This document shows positions 1 through 12,329 of a stretch of 36,074 bases of DNA, one piece after another. Each line of letters begins with the position of its first letter. The stretch's first letter is position 1. This DNA is from Octopus sinensis (taxonomy: Eukaryota), in NCBI RefSeq assembly GCF_006345805.1, contig NW_021826210.1, positions 1 through 36,074 on the forward strand. The letters run 5' to 3'. A model generated the notes under the pieces. It was not told the origin of the DNA. It was given only the letters and a program-made list of their open reading frames with translations, and did not search any database. Position numbers and translations under genes: made by a program.

Positions 1-2
1 AT

Positions 3-211
3 TGTTAGAACAGCAGAAACATGGGGTAAGTTTCTCTTACAAAGTGGAAAAATTTGTTGTAGTGGCTGTGTAGTAAGTAGCTTGCTTACCAACCACATGG
101 TTCCAGGTTCAGTCTCCCACTGCATGGTACCGTTGGACAAGTGTTTTCTACTATAAGCCTTGGGCCACCAAATTTTTGGAGTGGATTTGGTCGATGGAAC
201 TGAAAGAAGCT

Positions 212-267
<56 letters not shown>

Positions 268-579
268 ATATTTTTGTGTGTCTGTGTTTGTCCCCTAACC
301 ATCACTGGACAACTGATGTTAGTGTGTTTACATCCCTGTTACTTAGCAGTCTGGCGAAAGAGATTGATAAAATAAGTACTAGGCTTACAAAAAATAAGTC
401 TTGGGGCTGATTTGTTCGACTAAAGGTGGTGCTCCAGCATAGCTGCAATCAAATGAGTGAAAAGTAATCAAACGAGTAAAAGAATAAAATAGTAAACAGC
501 CATGGGTCCCTTGACTGTTTGTTGACAAATTTTTCCATTTTGTAAGGATAATTTACCCAATGTTTCTGTTGTTCTAACA
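3..579. repeat. Fold-back (palindromic) repeat interrupted by a SINE; probably continues left of the window
   Basis: 3-57 vs the reverse complement of 525-579 match at 48/55 nt by manual alignment. The central hairpin is aaacagccatggg-t-cccttgactgttt (494-520). Confidence 0.8.
61..490 (+). mobile_element. tRNA-derived SINE with an internal (TA)n microsatellite (~216-262)
   Basis: Head has A-box-like gtggctgtgtagtaag and B-box-like ggttcagtc (~106-114). It ends in an A-rich gagtaaaagaataaaa tail and resembles octopus SINEs as I recall them. Confidence 0.75.
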
Positions 580-599
580 GCGTCTCTGCATTTAAAAAT

Positions 600-1594
600 G
601 AATTATTGTCTTATTTGTATTTCACAGACTGTTGGAGAGTCACTGAAAAAGTGAAAACCTAGAGGTATTTTAACAGGTTGTATATGGTGGGTGCAGTAGA
701 ACTTCCTAACAGAGCTTTTGAATAATATTAGTGATGTGGAAGCTACCAATGTTGAAGAAGCATTTAAAGTCGCTGATTGGGTCATTTCTGTTGGATTGCC
801 TTATTGAGCTCTGCATTGACCATTTGGTTGTTTTCAAGCATTTTGTAATGGATTAGCCCTTCGAAATCCCATCTTGTGTGATTGCAGCTCTGACTTGGCT
901 TGAGGTACTGCTTGTTGGATCTCAACTGTTCTTTCCTCTATTGATGTGAAGACACCATTTTTCATCACTGCGATGATGTTGTTAAGAAATCTCTGTCTAC
1001 AAGTAGCCTATGTTGAACAAACTACCTGGTAGTGATAAAGGTGCACTGGATTTTATTTCTCTTTCTCAGAGAGTGTGGCTCCTCATCCACCTAGCTTTGG
1101 GATCTTACTCCTTGAGTGAAGGTGACAGGTGATGTTATCATGAGAGCATCCCATCTGCTGGGTCAATTTCCTTGTGGATTGTCATGGATCTTCAAAGATG
1201 AAATTGTTTAATCAATCCACATTGAAGTGAAAAGGTTGACTGGAACATTGAGACTCTGACGGGTTGAATTTCCCCTCCTTGAAGAATGAAAAACCATTCT
1301 CTGCAGTTTGTTCACTAATAGTACCTTCTCCATACACAGTACAAATGTCTCTAGTGGCTTTGGTACCTTGATCAAAAGCAAAGAGAAGCAATGCCAAAAA
1401 CCTTAATTTTTTTTCTACTTGGCACTCCATTGTCATATGTCTGAAAAGAGGTAAAATTCCAAACTGATAAACAAAAGTTCAAGAGGAAGAAGGGAGCTAA
1501 AAAGCCCCACATAAAACATAGAGAAAACCATTTTTTTGTGTTAATTCAAATAACATTGGAAAGAAACAAATGATTATACCTGACAATCCAATAA
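600..1594 (-). mobile_element. Decayed mariner transposon, 3' end truncated
   Basis: ORF 1212-1436 is a mariner N-terminus (MECQVEKK..LLLFAFDQG..RDICTVYGEG). Broken frames give KLGG*, SDEKWCLHIN, WDFEGLIHY and LHPPY. Confidence 0.85.
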
Positions 1595-1869
1595 TTTGAT
1601 ATTATGCTCTCAAGGTATTATTTAACTGTTTACACACTTCTCTGACAGTTATATTATGAAACAATGTAGAGAAGTGGTCAAAATGTTCCATTACTATTAA
1701 GTGAATTCTCCTTTATGTTCCTTTCATGATATGAATGGCTTATTATGTAATCTATTCTTTTGCTTCAGTATGGTTGTTTGAATATATATTTTAGTTAGCA
1801 GTTGTTTAAGTAACATGGAATACATTTTGATTATAAATTTGAGCAAACTACTTATGTTTCAGCTATCAT

Positions 1870-3400
1870 AAATTGTCATTCTGACTTTTCCTCCAGGTCA
1901 AGGATGATAGTTGTAATTGTAATACTGATGCTCTGTTCATGGACTTTCTCAAGTGGCTTATGTGTCCAATCTTTGCTTCAAAAGTTCTCTTGCACTCCCA
2001 AGATGTAGTTCCAGATGTCTTATTACTGTTGCCTTTTCTATTTTCTTTTCTAATTCTGTGCATCTATTTATTTTAAAAAAGTGTTCTATCTTGAATTATG
2101 GTTTGCCAGAGTTTCCTCTCATGGACATTGAATCTCTGTTAACTGTCTGTGTTAGATTTGCCTGAGTATATAAGTTTTGCTTTAGCAGATGTTCATTTTT
2201 CATCAAAACATGATTACTCCATCTGAGTTTGTTCTTGACAAGAAATTTTCAATATGTGTTGATTTTGCTGCCTTCAGCACACTGACATTGGTTTTAGTGT
2301 TGATGGAACATTTTAAGTTGCTTTCAGATATTGTTGGTATATTGTTCAAGTTTCCTATTGATACAGAAACATTGAAATTACAATCAGTCTGTACTCTAAC
2401 ATTTTGGTATCTATTCAGGTTTAACTATTATGTATGTCTTTTGTTTGAAGACATCCAAAAGCTGTTCCTGCACAATTAAGAAAGTGGTTTTTGTCATTAA
2501 AATTCACGTTGAAGAAGTGACTTCCAATATATGGAACGTGATCGATATTTTCAAGGGTTGTTTTAACAAGATGGTTTGAGTCTTCTTGGAGTTTATTGTA
2601 TGTCCAAATTTCTTGTATACTCTGGTGAAGATAACTAGGAGCTGTTGCTGATGTTCTTCTGAGAAAGTGACTACTCTTTTTATCTCCTTTTAGCTTCTAG
2701 ATATCTATTTTTGGAATGGATATAGGCAATTTCAATTTTGGGTGTTAGCAGCCTAGATGTTGATGATTGTCACAGTGAAATTGTTGAACAGTATAAATCT
2801 TTGCAATACTCCTGATTTGACTTGAAACAATTCACAGTTGTTGTTGACTAACTGTAGCAGATATGTTTACATGTAGGAATACTAGGATTTAAATTTACTT
2901 TACAAGACATCCATAGATAATAGATAAGACATCCCATTAGAGTTCTTGGTTTTTGGTTGGATCAATAAAAACTATGTCCATGTGCTGTGATGGTCTCCAT
3001 TTTTTCTTGTAGTTGATACACAGTGAAAATTATGTTGGCTTTTCTATGCAATGCCCTAAAGTCAACTTGAGCCAATTGTTCATGATGCAGCAGGTGAAGA
3101 TCTGGCCCTTTGTTGTCAACAAGCAAGTTCTTCAGTAGTTTGTGTTTGGGTTAATTGCTTTCCTTTTGTAAATGGTAATGATTACTGTGTCTCTAAATTC
3201 TTTTGATACATCTTCATTTATGTAGACCTTGTCAAGAAATTAGTGTAGTTAATAACAAAGTACATTGCTTGCAATTTTCTAGATCATAGTTGGTATTATA
3301 TTGAGATTAATGAGCCACCAGCTTTGTTACTGTTAAAGGTTTTGAGAAAGTCTTCTTAGACTTCTTCAGGTATTCATCTGTTGCTTAACCATTTCATTAC
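1870..3400 (-). mobile_element. Decayed RTE-clade LINE (RT and C-terminal zinc-finger remnant)
   Basis: Minus-strand fragments IIFTVYQLQEK, IVFIDPTK, FGHTINSKKT and C-terminal CKRTFEAKIGHISHLRK, with many stops. Confidence 0.75.
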
Positions 3401-3885
3401 TATTTTTCTAACCAAAATACACACCTTATGTGTTTCAATTAAATTGTAAAATAATTGTGAATTTAGATTGGTTTCATAAAACCTTATTTATTTGTTGACC
3501 TATTAATGTGAGTTTTGGAACACTGTGCAACAAATGGTTCCTAACCAAATTTATTGTATAATCTTTGTCTCAAAGCTAATCTAATGACAAGTACAAAGTA
3601 AATGCAACAAAATATAAATTTATTAACATTTTTTATGTATTTGTTTTGCAAGATTTGTGATGTGAAATCAGATATTGTTATATTTTGGGTTGGTCATTTT
3701 TTTTTTCTTGCCAAATAAACACATGCACAATATATTCTTTCTTCACTTGTTTGTAATTATTTTTATTTTAATCCATTCTCTGAGAATGGATTAAACAGAA
3801 TAGGAGGAGAGACGAGGGAAATTTTAAAAATAAATAAATGTATACACCCACACTCTCCAAGAATTGTATAGTTTAAAAGGAGAGA

Positions 3886-4143
3886 TGTTGTGGAGTGAAC
3901 TGACACCCTCCGCATGTGACTGTCAGTGGACTGGATGAGTCTAAAAATAAATCAGCCAGTAGACAGTTGAGGTCAATCAGTGAGAATGTTATTGATTCTA
4001 CGTTGGAGTGTTATTGTGCAAATGGTTATAATAAGACAACCAACTCTTGCTACATTGTCTATTGTTATATGGTTATATTTGGTACTGTGATATATTGTTA
4101 CACATACACACACACATCATATATAATCATTGACAATATAACA
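3886..4143 (+). mobile_element. LTR (probably a Gypsy-type 3' LTR) preceded by a polypurine tract
   Basis: aaaaggagaga (3875-3885) is directly followed by TGTTG, and the segment ends TAACA. It contains AATAAA and resembles the opposite-strand LTR remnant at 5391-5530. Confidence 0.55.
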
Positions 4144-4838
4144 TTTACCTTGCTTAACACACATGAGATTGTCTAATCATTAAATGACTTCCATTAATGG
4201 AACAAGGTTCAGATAAGCCGAATTCTCGCTTTTTTCCCTAGCTTTACTTGTGGTGTCATGTTATTCTTTTCAGCCATGCTATCCACCTTAATTTGATATA
4301 TGTATATATATATATATATATAATATATATATATATCCTGCCCTCTCATACTATTTTGTTAGATGTTTGTCTCATGTTTTAGAAGTTTCATTTTCAGAAG
4401 ATTCAAACTTTCTGCTTTGGTAGTTCACAGTGGGAACCACCACCTCGACTGGAATTCTTTCTCTTTGAACCATCCTTCTATACTAGAAATCTGTATAAAA
4501 AGCACCCTTCCACTTTCCCCTCCCTCCTTCAAAGATCTGACCACTATCAGTGACACTACTATTATTACATAAAAACAGCATTGCTAGCTTACTAGCATTG
4601 AAAATATGACAAGGGCTAGTTATTGGCTCTATTTTATCTATCTATATATCTATCTTATCTGGTAGATGTGGTAAGTGGGGTTAATTATTGGTGTTATTTC
4701 ATCTATTTTATCTTTGTATAAGTAATTGTGTATACCACACTCTCTTCTGGTAGACATGACAAGTTTGAAGTGACTGTATGACTCTAAATTAAGTGCAGGA
4801 TAACCTATATGAAACTTATATGAACTTATATCAGATGT

Positions 4839-5385
4839 TTGGCAAACAAACTTCCATGCAAACCTTCTTCTCAGATGCAGAACGCTCTTCTCTATCCCTC
4901 TGTTCCTTTCCTCACTCTTAGAGTTAAAACACTCAATGTAGGCATATTGAAAGGTAGGTCTAGTGAGATCTTCAACATGCATGTAGGTGTGAATTGCATT
5001 CAAGAAGTAAGGTGGAGGAGAGCTTCTGCCAGGTTTCTCACAGGTAAAGAACATAAGTATAAAGTCTTCTGGGTGGGTAATAGTGATGGGTTGGTGGTGT
5101 GGGCATACTTCTTACTAAGAAATAGGCTAAGGAGGAAATTGAGGAAGTTAGAGAATGTAATAGGATACATTAGACTTGTTTTGCAAAGTAGAGCAGCAAC
5201 TATTATTCTTTCTATGCTCCTCAACCAGGACTGCCAGATGAAAAGAAAGATCAATTTTAAGACACTCCGTTGTTGACTCCCTCATCAACAAATGACAGTG
5301 AGCTTGTCTTCATGGCTGGTGACTTTAATGGATATGTCAGGCAACATCCAGGTGGTTTCTTAGGGGTGAATGGAGGCTATGGTAA
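4839..5385 (+). mobile_element. RTE LINE 5' fragment (AP endonuclease domain), pseudogenised
   Basis: TLNVGILKGRS..CIQEVRWRRASARFLTGKEHKYKVFWVGN and LVFMAGDFNG are APE motifs. The frame is broken. Confidence 0.85.
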
Positions 5386-5390
5386 TAAGG

Positions 5391-6060
5391 TGACTGACAC
5401 CACCTTATTTATAGTGACTAGCACATACCACTCGTTACGTGGGATGGGTGTCCCATTATTATTCCCCTTTTAATTTTTTCTTTTAGGGTGCATCATTTTA
5501 TTTTAATAGCAATATTTTTATATCACTCCATCTCCCTTTTTTGAGATTTTTTTTTTTACACATTTAACATATTTTCCATTTGGAATTCACTTCCAGGAAC
5601 TCTGAACATTTTCTTTTTCTTATGCTTGTGCACCTGGCTTCAATCAGTAGTGGCATTGGTACTTGAAAAGTATCATATAACCGTTCCATTGGTTCTTCCA
5701 TTCTCTTGGGTTCACTCTCAATGAATCTTTTTTTCAGTTGATTCATTTGTCTCTTGTATATGCCTTTTCTACTTTTTATCAAGTATAGCATTTTTCCTAT
5801 AGGTTTGGTAATCATGCCATCTTCCCAAATTTGTTTTCTGTTCTCATATACCCTCATAAACAACCTTCCTGGTAGCAATTTGTCGGAGACTAATTTTATT
5901 TTCCTCACAAACATCAGCTCCACTGGTGTGTTTGGATTTGGTGTCACATGGTATACTCTTAAGAATTGTTGTAGAGCTACCTCATCCATAACTTTCTTAT
6001 TTGACTTCCTTAGGGCTTTCTTGAACATATCAACAAAGCATTTTGCTTGTCTATTAGATC
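5391..6060 (-). mobile_element. Ty3/Gypsy remnant: integrase C-terminus, PPT and partial 3' LTR
   Basis: ORF 5564-6028 (FKKALRKS..LQQFLRVYHVTPNPN..ELMFVRKIK..DKLLP) resembles the K02A2.6-like integrase end. The minus-strand PPT AAAAAAGGGGAGA (5543-5531) is followed by TG at 5530. Confidence 0.8.
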
Positions 6061-6099
6061 TGGGATGATATGGCTAATTTTACAAATAAAAATTTTTTT

Positions 6100-7350
6100 A
6101 CAAAGAATCCTTTTCAATTAAATCAGTATAGCTACCATTATTTTGACTGACCTCTTGCCATTTATCAGGTAGCTTTTTTATTCCTTTTGAGTAAAATTCA
6201 GCTGGCCTTGACATGAAGAAGCTTTCCACATGTTTTCACCTGATTTTCTTGAGAAAACTTTTTCCCCATCAGAGCATTTTGTAGAGAGCAAAGAAGATGG
6301 AAATGAGTTGGTGCAAAGTCCAGTGAATATAGTGGATGGGGTAGAACACACCAGTCTAAATCCAATATTTTATCCTGTATGATCCTTACTGAATATGGTA
6401 TTGTATTATCATGGAGAAGCACACAGTTTCTCCTCTTGATGAGTGCAAGGCATTTTCTTAAAATATTTTCATGCACATGTTGCCGCTGTTGAGAGTATAT
6501 GTTGGCTTTAGTGTTTGATTGTGGTTTAAAAACTCAAAATGAATAATACTGTGGTGATTCCACCATACACACAGCATAACCTTCCTTCCATAGAGCTCAG
6601 CCTTTGAGATAAGTTGCAGAGGTTTATCCTTGTCAGTCCACTGCCTTTTGATTTGAACATTGTCTTAAAAGACCCATTTTCCATTACCTCTAATAATATT
6701 ATTGAGAAAGGGGTTATTTTTCTACCTTGAAAGAAGACTTGTCTCTATGGACATTTGATCTTACCTACTCTACTCACTAAGAATATGGGGAACTCAATCA
6801 CCCAGCTTGCTGACTTTTCCTATCTTTTCAAAGTGAAGTGGGATGTGTTGAGATGGTGGATTGGGATGTGTTTGAGGTCAACTGCTAATTCCCAAGTACT
6901 TTTACAAGGATTAAATTCCACTGATTCTCTTAAAGCATCATGATTGAAGTCTGATGACAAATCCTTGGAATGAAACTTTGAAAAGCAATTTTGCACATGC
7001 TGGTCAGTAATGACACCTTGGCCATAAACACTGTATATTTTCTTAGCTGTTTCGGTGGCATTTTTCCATTCTTAAACATTCACAACACCACTTGTTGAAT
7101 AGGCACTTCCAGTTCATCCATTTTAGGAGAGTGAAATTTAATATTAACCTATGATGTGCACACCTTCACTGCTAAAATACGAATTGATAGATGAAGGTTT
7201 TTTAAAAACAGTAGTTTCTATTTCAATTTTAAACATGAAGTTTGAAATGTATCATTACAATTTACTTCCAAAAAATGGAAACTATTTATGACTCAACCCA
7301 ATATTAACAGTCTGATGATTTACCATAAAATGCCTTACTATTTCTCTGTT
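6100..7350 (-). mobile_element. Decayed mariner transposon
   Basis: FKNGKNATETAKKIYSVYGQG, IGKVSKLGD*VPHILSE, LLHDNTIPY..LPHPLYSLDFAPTHFHL and KLPDKWQEV. Confidence 0.85.
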
Positions 7351-7572
7351 CAACTTTCTGCACTCATGTCATCCCTTGTTTTGCCCCCATTTGCACTTAC
7401 GTTCACTTTCATTAATCAAATATCATTTGAAAAATCTATTGCTGTGCAAAGGATGAGAGAAAAATTCAATATAAAATGCAAGAAACAGGTGACAAATTAT
7501 GAAATCTTAAAAATTCAAGGTGACTAAAAAAATTTATTGTAGATCATTGTATATGTACATATATAGTGTATT

Positions 7573-7573
<1 letters not shown>

Positions 7574-7632
<59 letters not shown>
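7574..7632. repeat. (GT)n(AT)n microsatellite
   Basis: Direct reading. Confidence 0.95.
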
Positions 7633-7634
<2 letters not shown>

Positions 7635-7636
<2 letters not shown>

Positions 7637-7845
7637 ATGTGCATGGCTTAGTGGTTAGGGCATTCGACTCATGATTCTAAGGTTGTGAGTTCAATTCCTG
7701 GTGACATGTTGTGTCCTTGAGCAAGACTCAAATTGCTCCAGTCCACTAAGCTAGCAAAAACATGTGTCTGTTGATTGCTTAGCCACTTGCATGTTAATTT
7801 CATGAGCAAGCTGTTCCGATAATCATATCAGCTGGGACCCTGATG
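7635..7845 (+). mobile_element. tRNA-derived SINE (different family from 61-490)
   Basis: Pol III A box TGGCTTAGTGG (7644-7654) and B box GTTCAATTCC (7689-7698), followed by tgtgtccttgagcaagac. Confidence 0.75.
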
Positions 7846-7944
7846 TTTGTGTGTATGTGCGTAGACTCCATCAATAGGGGGGGGGGTAAGCTAGAGGTAG
7901 TAGATAGCTTCCATTATTTAAGTAACCAAGTTAGTTGCAGAGGC

Positions 7945-8842
7945 TCCAAGAGCATATCTGTGAGAATAAGATTAGGCTGAGCAAAGTTCAGAGAGCTCCT
8001 ACCTCTGCTGGCAACAGAGGGCCTCTCCCTGTGTGCGAACAGCTATACAATACAGCAGTGAAACATGGGCTTTGGCAGCTGAGAACATGCGCAGGCTTGA
8101 TAGAAATAAAGCCAGTATGCTTTGCTGGATGTGCAATGTCAGTGTGCATGTTCAACACAGTGAAGCATCTTGTGAGAAAATTTGGGCATAAGAGGCATCA
8201 GATGTGGTGTGCAAGAGAGATGACTGCACTGGTATGGTCATGTGATACATATAGCTGAAGTAAGCTGTGTAAAGAAGTGCCAATCTCTAACTGCATTGGG
8301 CACCTGTGGTAGAGGTAGACCCAAGAAGACATAGGACAAGGTGGTGAAGCATGATCTTCAAACTTTGGGCCTCACAGAGGCAATGACTAATGACTGACAT
8401 CTTTGGTGATATGCTGTGCTTGAGAAGACCTGTCAAACCAAGTGAAATCATAGTCGTAGCTGATGCTACTGTCAGATAACTGGCACCTGTACTGGTGGCA
8501 TGTAAAATGCACCTTTTGAGCATTGGACCTCACTGAGGCAAAGTGGCTCATAAAAAGCTCCTTTCAAGTGGTGGGCTTCAAGGAGGCTATGACTGAGACC
8601 TTTGGACGCACTTGAGAAGAAGACCCATCAAGACCAGTAAAATCAGTCATGGCAGATTCTGGTGTCATGCAAATGGCATATAAAAGCTCCCATTTCACTC
8701 TCAGAGTTGTTGTAGTTAGGAAGGATATCCAGCTGTAGAAACCATGCTAAATCAGACTGGAGTCCAGTGCAGCCTTCCAGCTTGTCAGCCCTGGCCAAAC
8801 CATCTAACCTATGCCAGCATGGACACCAGATGCTAAATGATG
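7945..8842 (+). mobile_element. RTE LINE 3' portion with 3' UTR and tail; same family as 17382-20362
   Basis: DNA similarity to the 17908-18798 ORF region (ataagattaggctgagcaaagttcagagagctcctacctctgctg; ggtagaggtagacccaagaagac). Tail is ..catccagctgtagaaacc..ctaaatgatg. Confidence 0.85.
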
Positions 8843-9264
8843 GGGTTTACTATGTATAAATGCTTCATTCAAAATGTAAAATATGTATTATATAATTTCT
8901 CAGTCTGAAGTCTGTCTAGTAGGAAATTGTTACATGTCTATCTAACATGTAAAACTCTGTAATTCCATGGTGAATAAATAGTCCCCCCCAAATTTCCAAT
9001 TCTCTGTTTTGCTATACAATAACTCTACAAAAAATATTTCCATAATTCTCAGTTTTATTATGTATTTTGATTAATGTACAGTGGCAATTGAGACTACATA
9101 GTGGCTTGTAATAATGGAAAAAGCAGATGTGCTTCAAGAGGAAATAGCTGGAATCTACCCGTACTTACATCACACACACACACACTCTCTCTCTTTCTGA
9201 ATTATACAATATTCCTGTCATTCCAAGTATGTGGTAGACCACAAACTATCTTTGTTTTTTCTCT

Positions 9265-9430
9265 CTTGTTCATGCTGGCATGGGTTGGATGGTTTGACCA
9301 GAGCTGGAAGGCTGCACCAGACTCCAGTTTGATTTGGCGTGGTTTCTACAGCTGTATGCCCTTCCTAATGCCACCCACTCTGAGAATGTAATGGGTGCTT
9401 TTATGTGACACTGGCAAGTGTACCATTTGC
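9265..9430 (-). mobile_element. RTE 3' tail fragment
   Basis: catgctggcatgggttggatgg..gtttctacagctgtatgcccttcctaatgcc is the reverse complement of the shared tail. Confidence 0.8.
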
Positions 9431-9484
9431 ATGACACAAGTATCTGCCATGACTGCAAGGTGATGTCAGTCAGTATAAAAAGAA

Positions 9485-10443
9485 AGCCAGTCATGCACAG
9501 CAGCAATTGAAGCCAAGGACTTGTGTACTGAAGCATTGTCCTAATGAAACAAGACCCCCTTCATCAGTTTTTCTGGGTGTTTGGTCTTGATAGCCTTTCA
9601 TAACTGCCTTAGCAAGTTGGCATAGAACTCTCCATTGACAGTGTAATCATTTTGAAGATAGTCAATAAACTCAGTGCTTTTTGCATTCCAAAAAGCTGAG
9701 GCCATCACCTTCCCTGCAGATGAAACGACCCTACCTTCTTTGGAGCAGATGAAGAGGAGTGTTTCCGCTGCATGTTTCTGTTCAAAGTAATAAAGGCAAC
9801 ACACATCCTAGGTTAGGAAACATTCAAGGAAATTAGCTGTATCTGCCTCAAACAATGTCAGATATTCCCATAATGTGATTAACCTGGTGTGCTTTTGATC
9901 AGGTGTCAGATGTGGCACCCATGAAGCATAATCCTTCGTCATGCCAAGTTCATTGTGCAGAATATTCTCAACTCTCTCTCAGGATATGCTAATAACATTG
10001 GGCTAAATAGTCAGTTGCCTGTTATCCATCAATATGTGATGAACACAACCAATGTTTTCCGCAGTGGTGGCAGTTTTCAGATGTCCAGACCTTGGATCAA
10101 CTTCAGCACTCTGTTCCTCTCTTAAATTCAGCTTCCCACTTTTGCACTGTTGATAAAACTGGAGCATTATCCTGTAATGTAGTAACCATGTCAGCATGAA
10201 TGTTCTTGGGGAGTAAAGCCTTTTTTCAGGAGGTATGTGATAACACCATGATGCTAAATTTTATCTATTTTCAAGAGAAGTTACTACTAGTTACATTTGA
10301 AGTCTTCTTTGAAAAGTCTGATGTCAGTTTACCTGAAAGGAAACAATGCAGTTATTAATATGTAGAGTTGAAATGAATACATGCAAAACTTCTAGCATCA
10401 CTTCTTCAGAGAAGGCTTATGAACTTTTCAACCCAACCTCATA
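9485..10443 (-). mobile_element. Decayed mariner transposon with 5' TIR
   Basis: SAGKVMASAFWNAK..FIDYLQ..VNGEFYANLLRQL, VLFH*DNA and DPRSGHLKTATT. TIR-like ggcttatgaacttttcaacccaacctcata at ~10414-10443. Confidence 0.85.
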
Positions 10444-10559
10444 CTTATTGGTTGAGCTGATTCATTTTTAAAATTGTTTAATTAAGTTTTGCAATATGTC
10501 AATGATGGTCTCTGTTTTAATGGGTTTAAAATTTTGTTAAAAGATGTACAAAATATTAT

Positions 10560-12320
10560 TATTTACATATCTCATTTATAAATTAATTCAGTTCTTTGAT
10601 CTTACTGGGCAAATATATTTATTACATTGTCATAGAAATCTGTTTTAATCAATTGTTGAAGTAAATATTTTTCAATTGATCTAAGAGCCAACCCTGAAAG
10701 TCTTTTCTCTCGTATTGTATTTCTTTGGTAAGTTTTAATTCTTTTCAATGTAGAAAAGACCCACTCTACAGAGGCAGTTGTAGTCACAATTGCCAAAATA
10801 AGGTTGCAAAGATTTAAGAGTTCTGGCTTCAGTCAGATCATTGATGTAAATGTAAATTACTCACACTTTGCTTTTTAAAATCTTGCATAGACTACAAAAC
10901 ATTTACTTCACTCTGTAATCGTATTATGTAAAAAAAAAAAAAGAACAAAAAACTACCATAAGTGGTTTTTAAGTTTTAAAGTAACCACTGGAGATAGTGA
11001 TATTCCTCACTTGATGAAATGAAAAGTTCTATGAATTTAAGCTCTTTTAAGGATGAATATTGTGTTTTTAATTGATTATCTATTGTGTCAATAACTTTGC
11101 TATATTCTATGATGTTGTTGGGGATCAGTAGATTTATTTCTGGATCTCTTAATTTGATTGCTGCATCAATTCCATATCTTCCCCCTAACATATCATAAAA
11201 GGTTAAAAAATCGAGTTTATTTTCAAGCACAGTCCTAGTTTTATCTATTTGCTCTTTACAGTATACTATGTTATGACTTTCAGTTTGAAGGATGTTAAGT
11301 AAGATATCAGTGAAAGAAAATACATCACTAATATGTTCTAAAAAAAAAAAAGAAATTGGAAGCTTTTAAATTATGTAAGTATCCAAAGCGGAATTCACTA
11401 TGGTCTCATCCCATGCTTCAGGATTTTCAATGATGTTTTCAAAAAGGATGATTTTATAGTAAGAACAAGCCATGAGGAGTATTTTCATCTAGTTCCTGTA
11501 GCTTTGAGAAATCTTTTTCTAACTATGTTATCTAACACATTGGTCCTTTAGATAATTTCATAAGAAATGTACCCAATCCATTTATTGCAGAACAAAAGAT
11601 ATATTAGGACATGAGCTCAACAATGAACGAATATTGCACATTCATATTTCTCTCTTGCTTTTGACTGCAACCCTTTTAATTGTTCTGCCATTATAGTGGT
11701 ACCATCCTAGATTTGAGCAATTAACTTCTTTTCATACTTCCATGTTTCAGTTCATTTAAAAATATGTTCAGATAAAGCATCAGCTGAAGGATCTGCACTA
11801 ACATAATTAAAACATACAAATTGTTCTTTAATAACAAAATATTTTGTAACATAATGTAAAACAGTTGACAGTTGTGAATGGTTTGAAACAAAGATAGCTA
11901 TGAATTTTGCCTGCTTCAGTTCATTTTCTATTTCATCCAACATAACTTTCTGAATTGCACCAATCAAGTCATTTTGAATTCAGTTTGAGACCTGAGAAAA
12001 CAGAAACTGTATCAAGTTGACTTGCCAATTTTTCATCATATTTACTGATTAAATATAAGGGTTCTTTATAATTTCCACAATTATTGGATTTTTTGAACTC
12101 AAAATTACCCCTAAAATGATAATTCCTGGTAACTGAGAAAAATAACTGCATCGATCTAAAGCTGCAGAATGTATCTATTGTCCAACCTCTTATTATGCTG
12201 TTGTATGCCCTGTTTTTTTCTTCATATGCATGTAATTGTAAGTCTATGCAAATATTCCCAAATGTTTTAAGATCTATCAAAGATTTGTTTCTTTCAAAAC
12301 ATTCATATTTTAGCATGACC
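10560..12320 (-). mobile_element. hAT transposase remnant (ZMYM1/DUF4371-like with hAT dimerisation domain)
   Basis: TTASVEWVFSTLKRIKTYQRNTIREKRLSGLALRSIEK (dimerisation domain), FRG..E..KSNNCGNYKE and IENELKQAKFIAI. Multiple stops. Confidence 0.85.
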
Positions 12321-12329
12321 ATATAGCAT

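Noticed and set aside
4600-4838. HDV-like ribozyme at the RTE 5' end
   Set aside because: The region is AT-rich and decayed, and no nested pseudoknot pairing could be built.
6935-6980. CTGATGA..GAAAC hammerhead-like spacing on the + strand
   Set aside because: No stem II closing pair, no stem III or cleavage triplet, and it lies antisense within mariner coding sequence.
7635-7705. tRNA gene
   Set aside because: A and B boxes are present, but I could not build a convincing cloverleaf and it continues into SINE body sequence.
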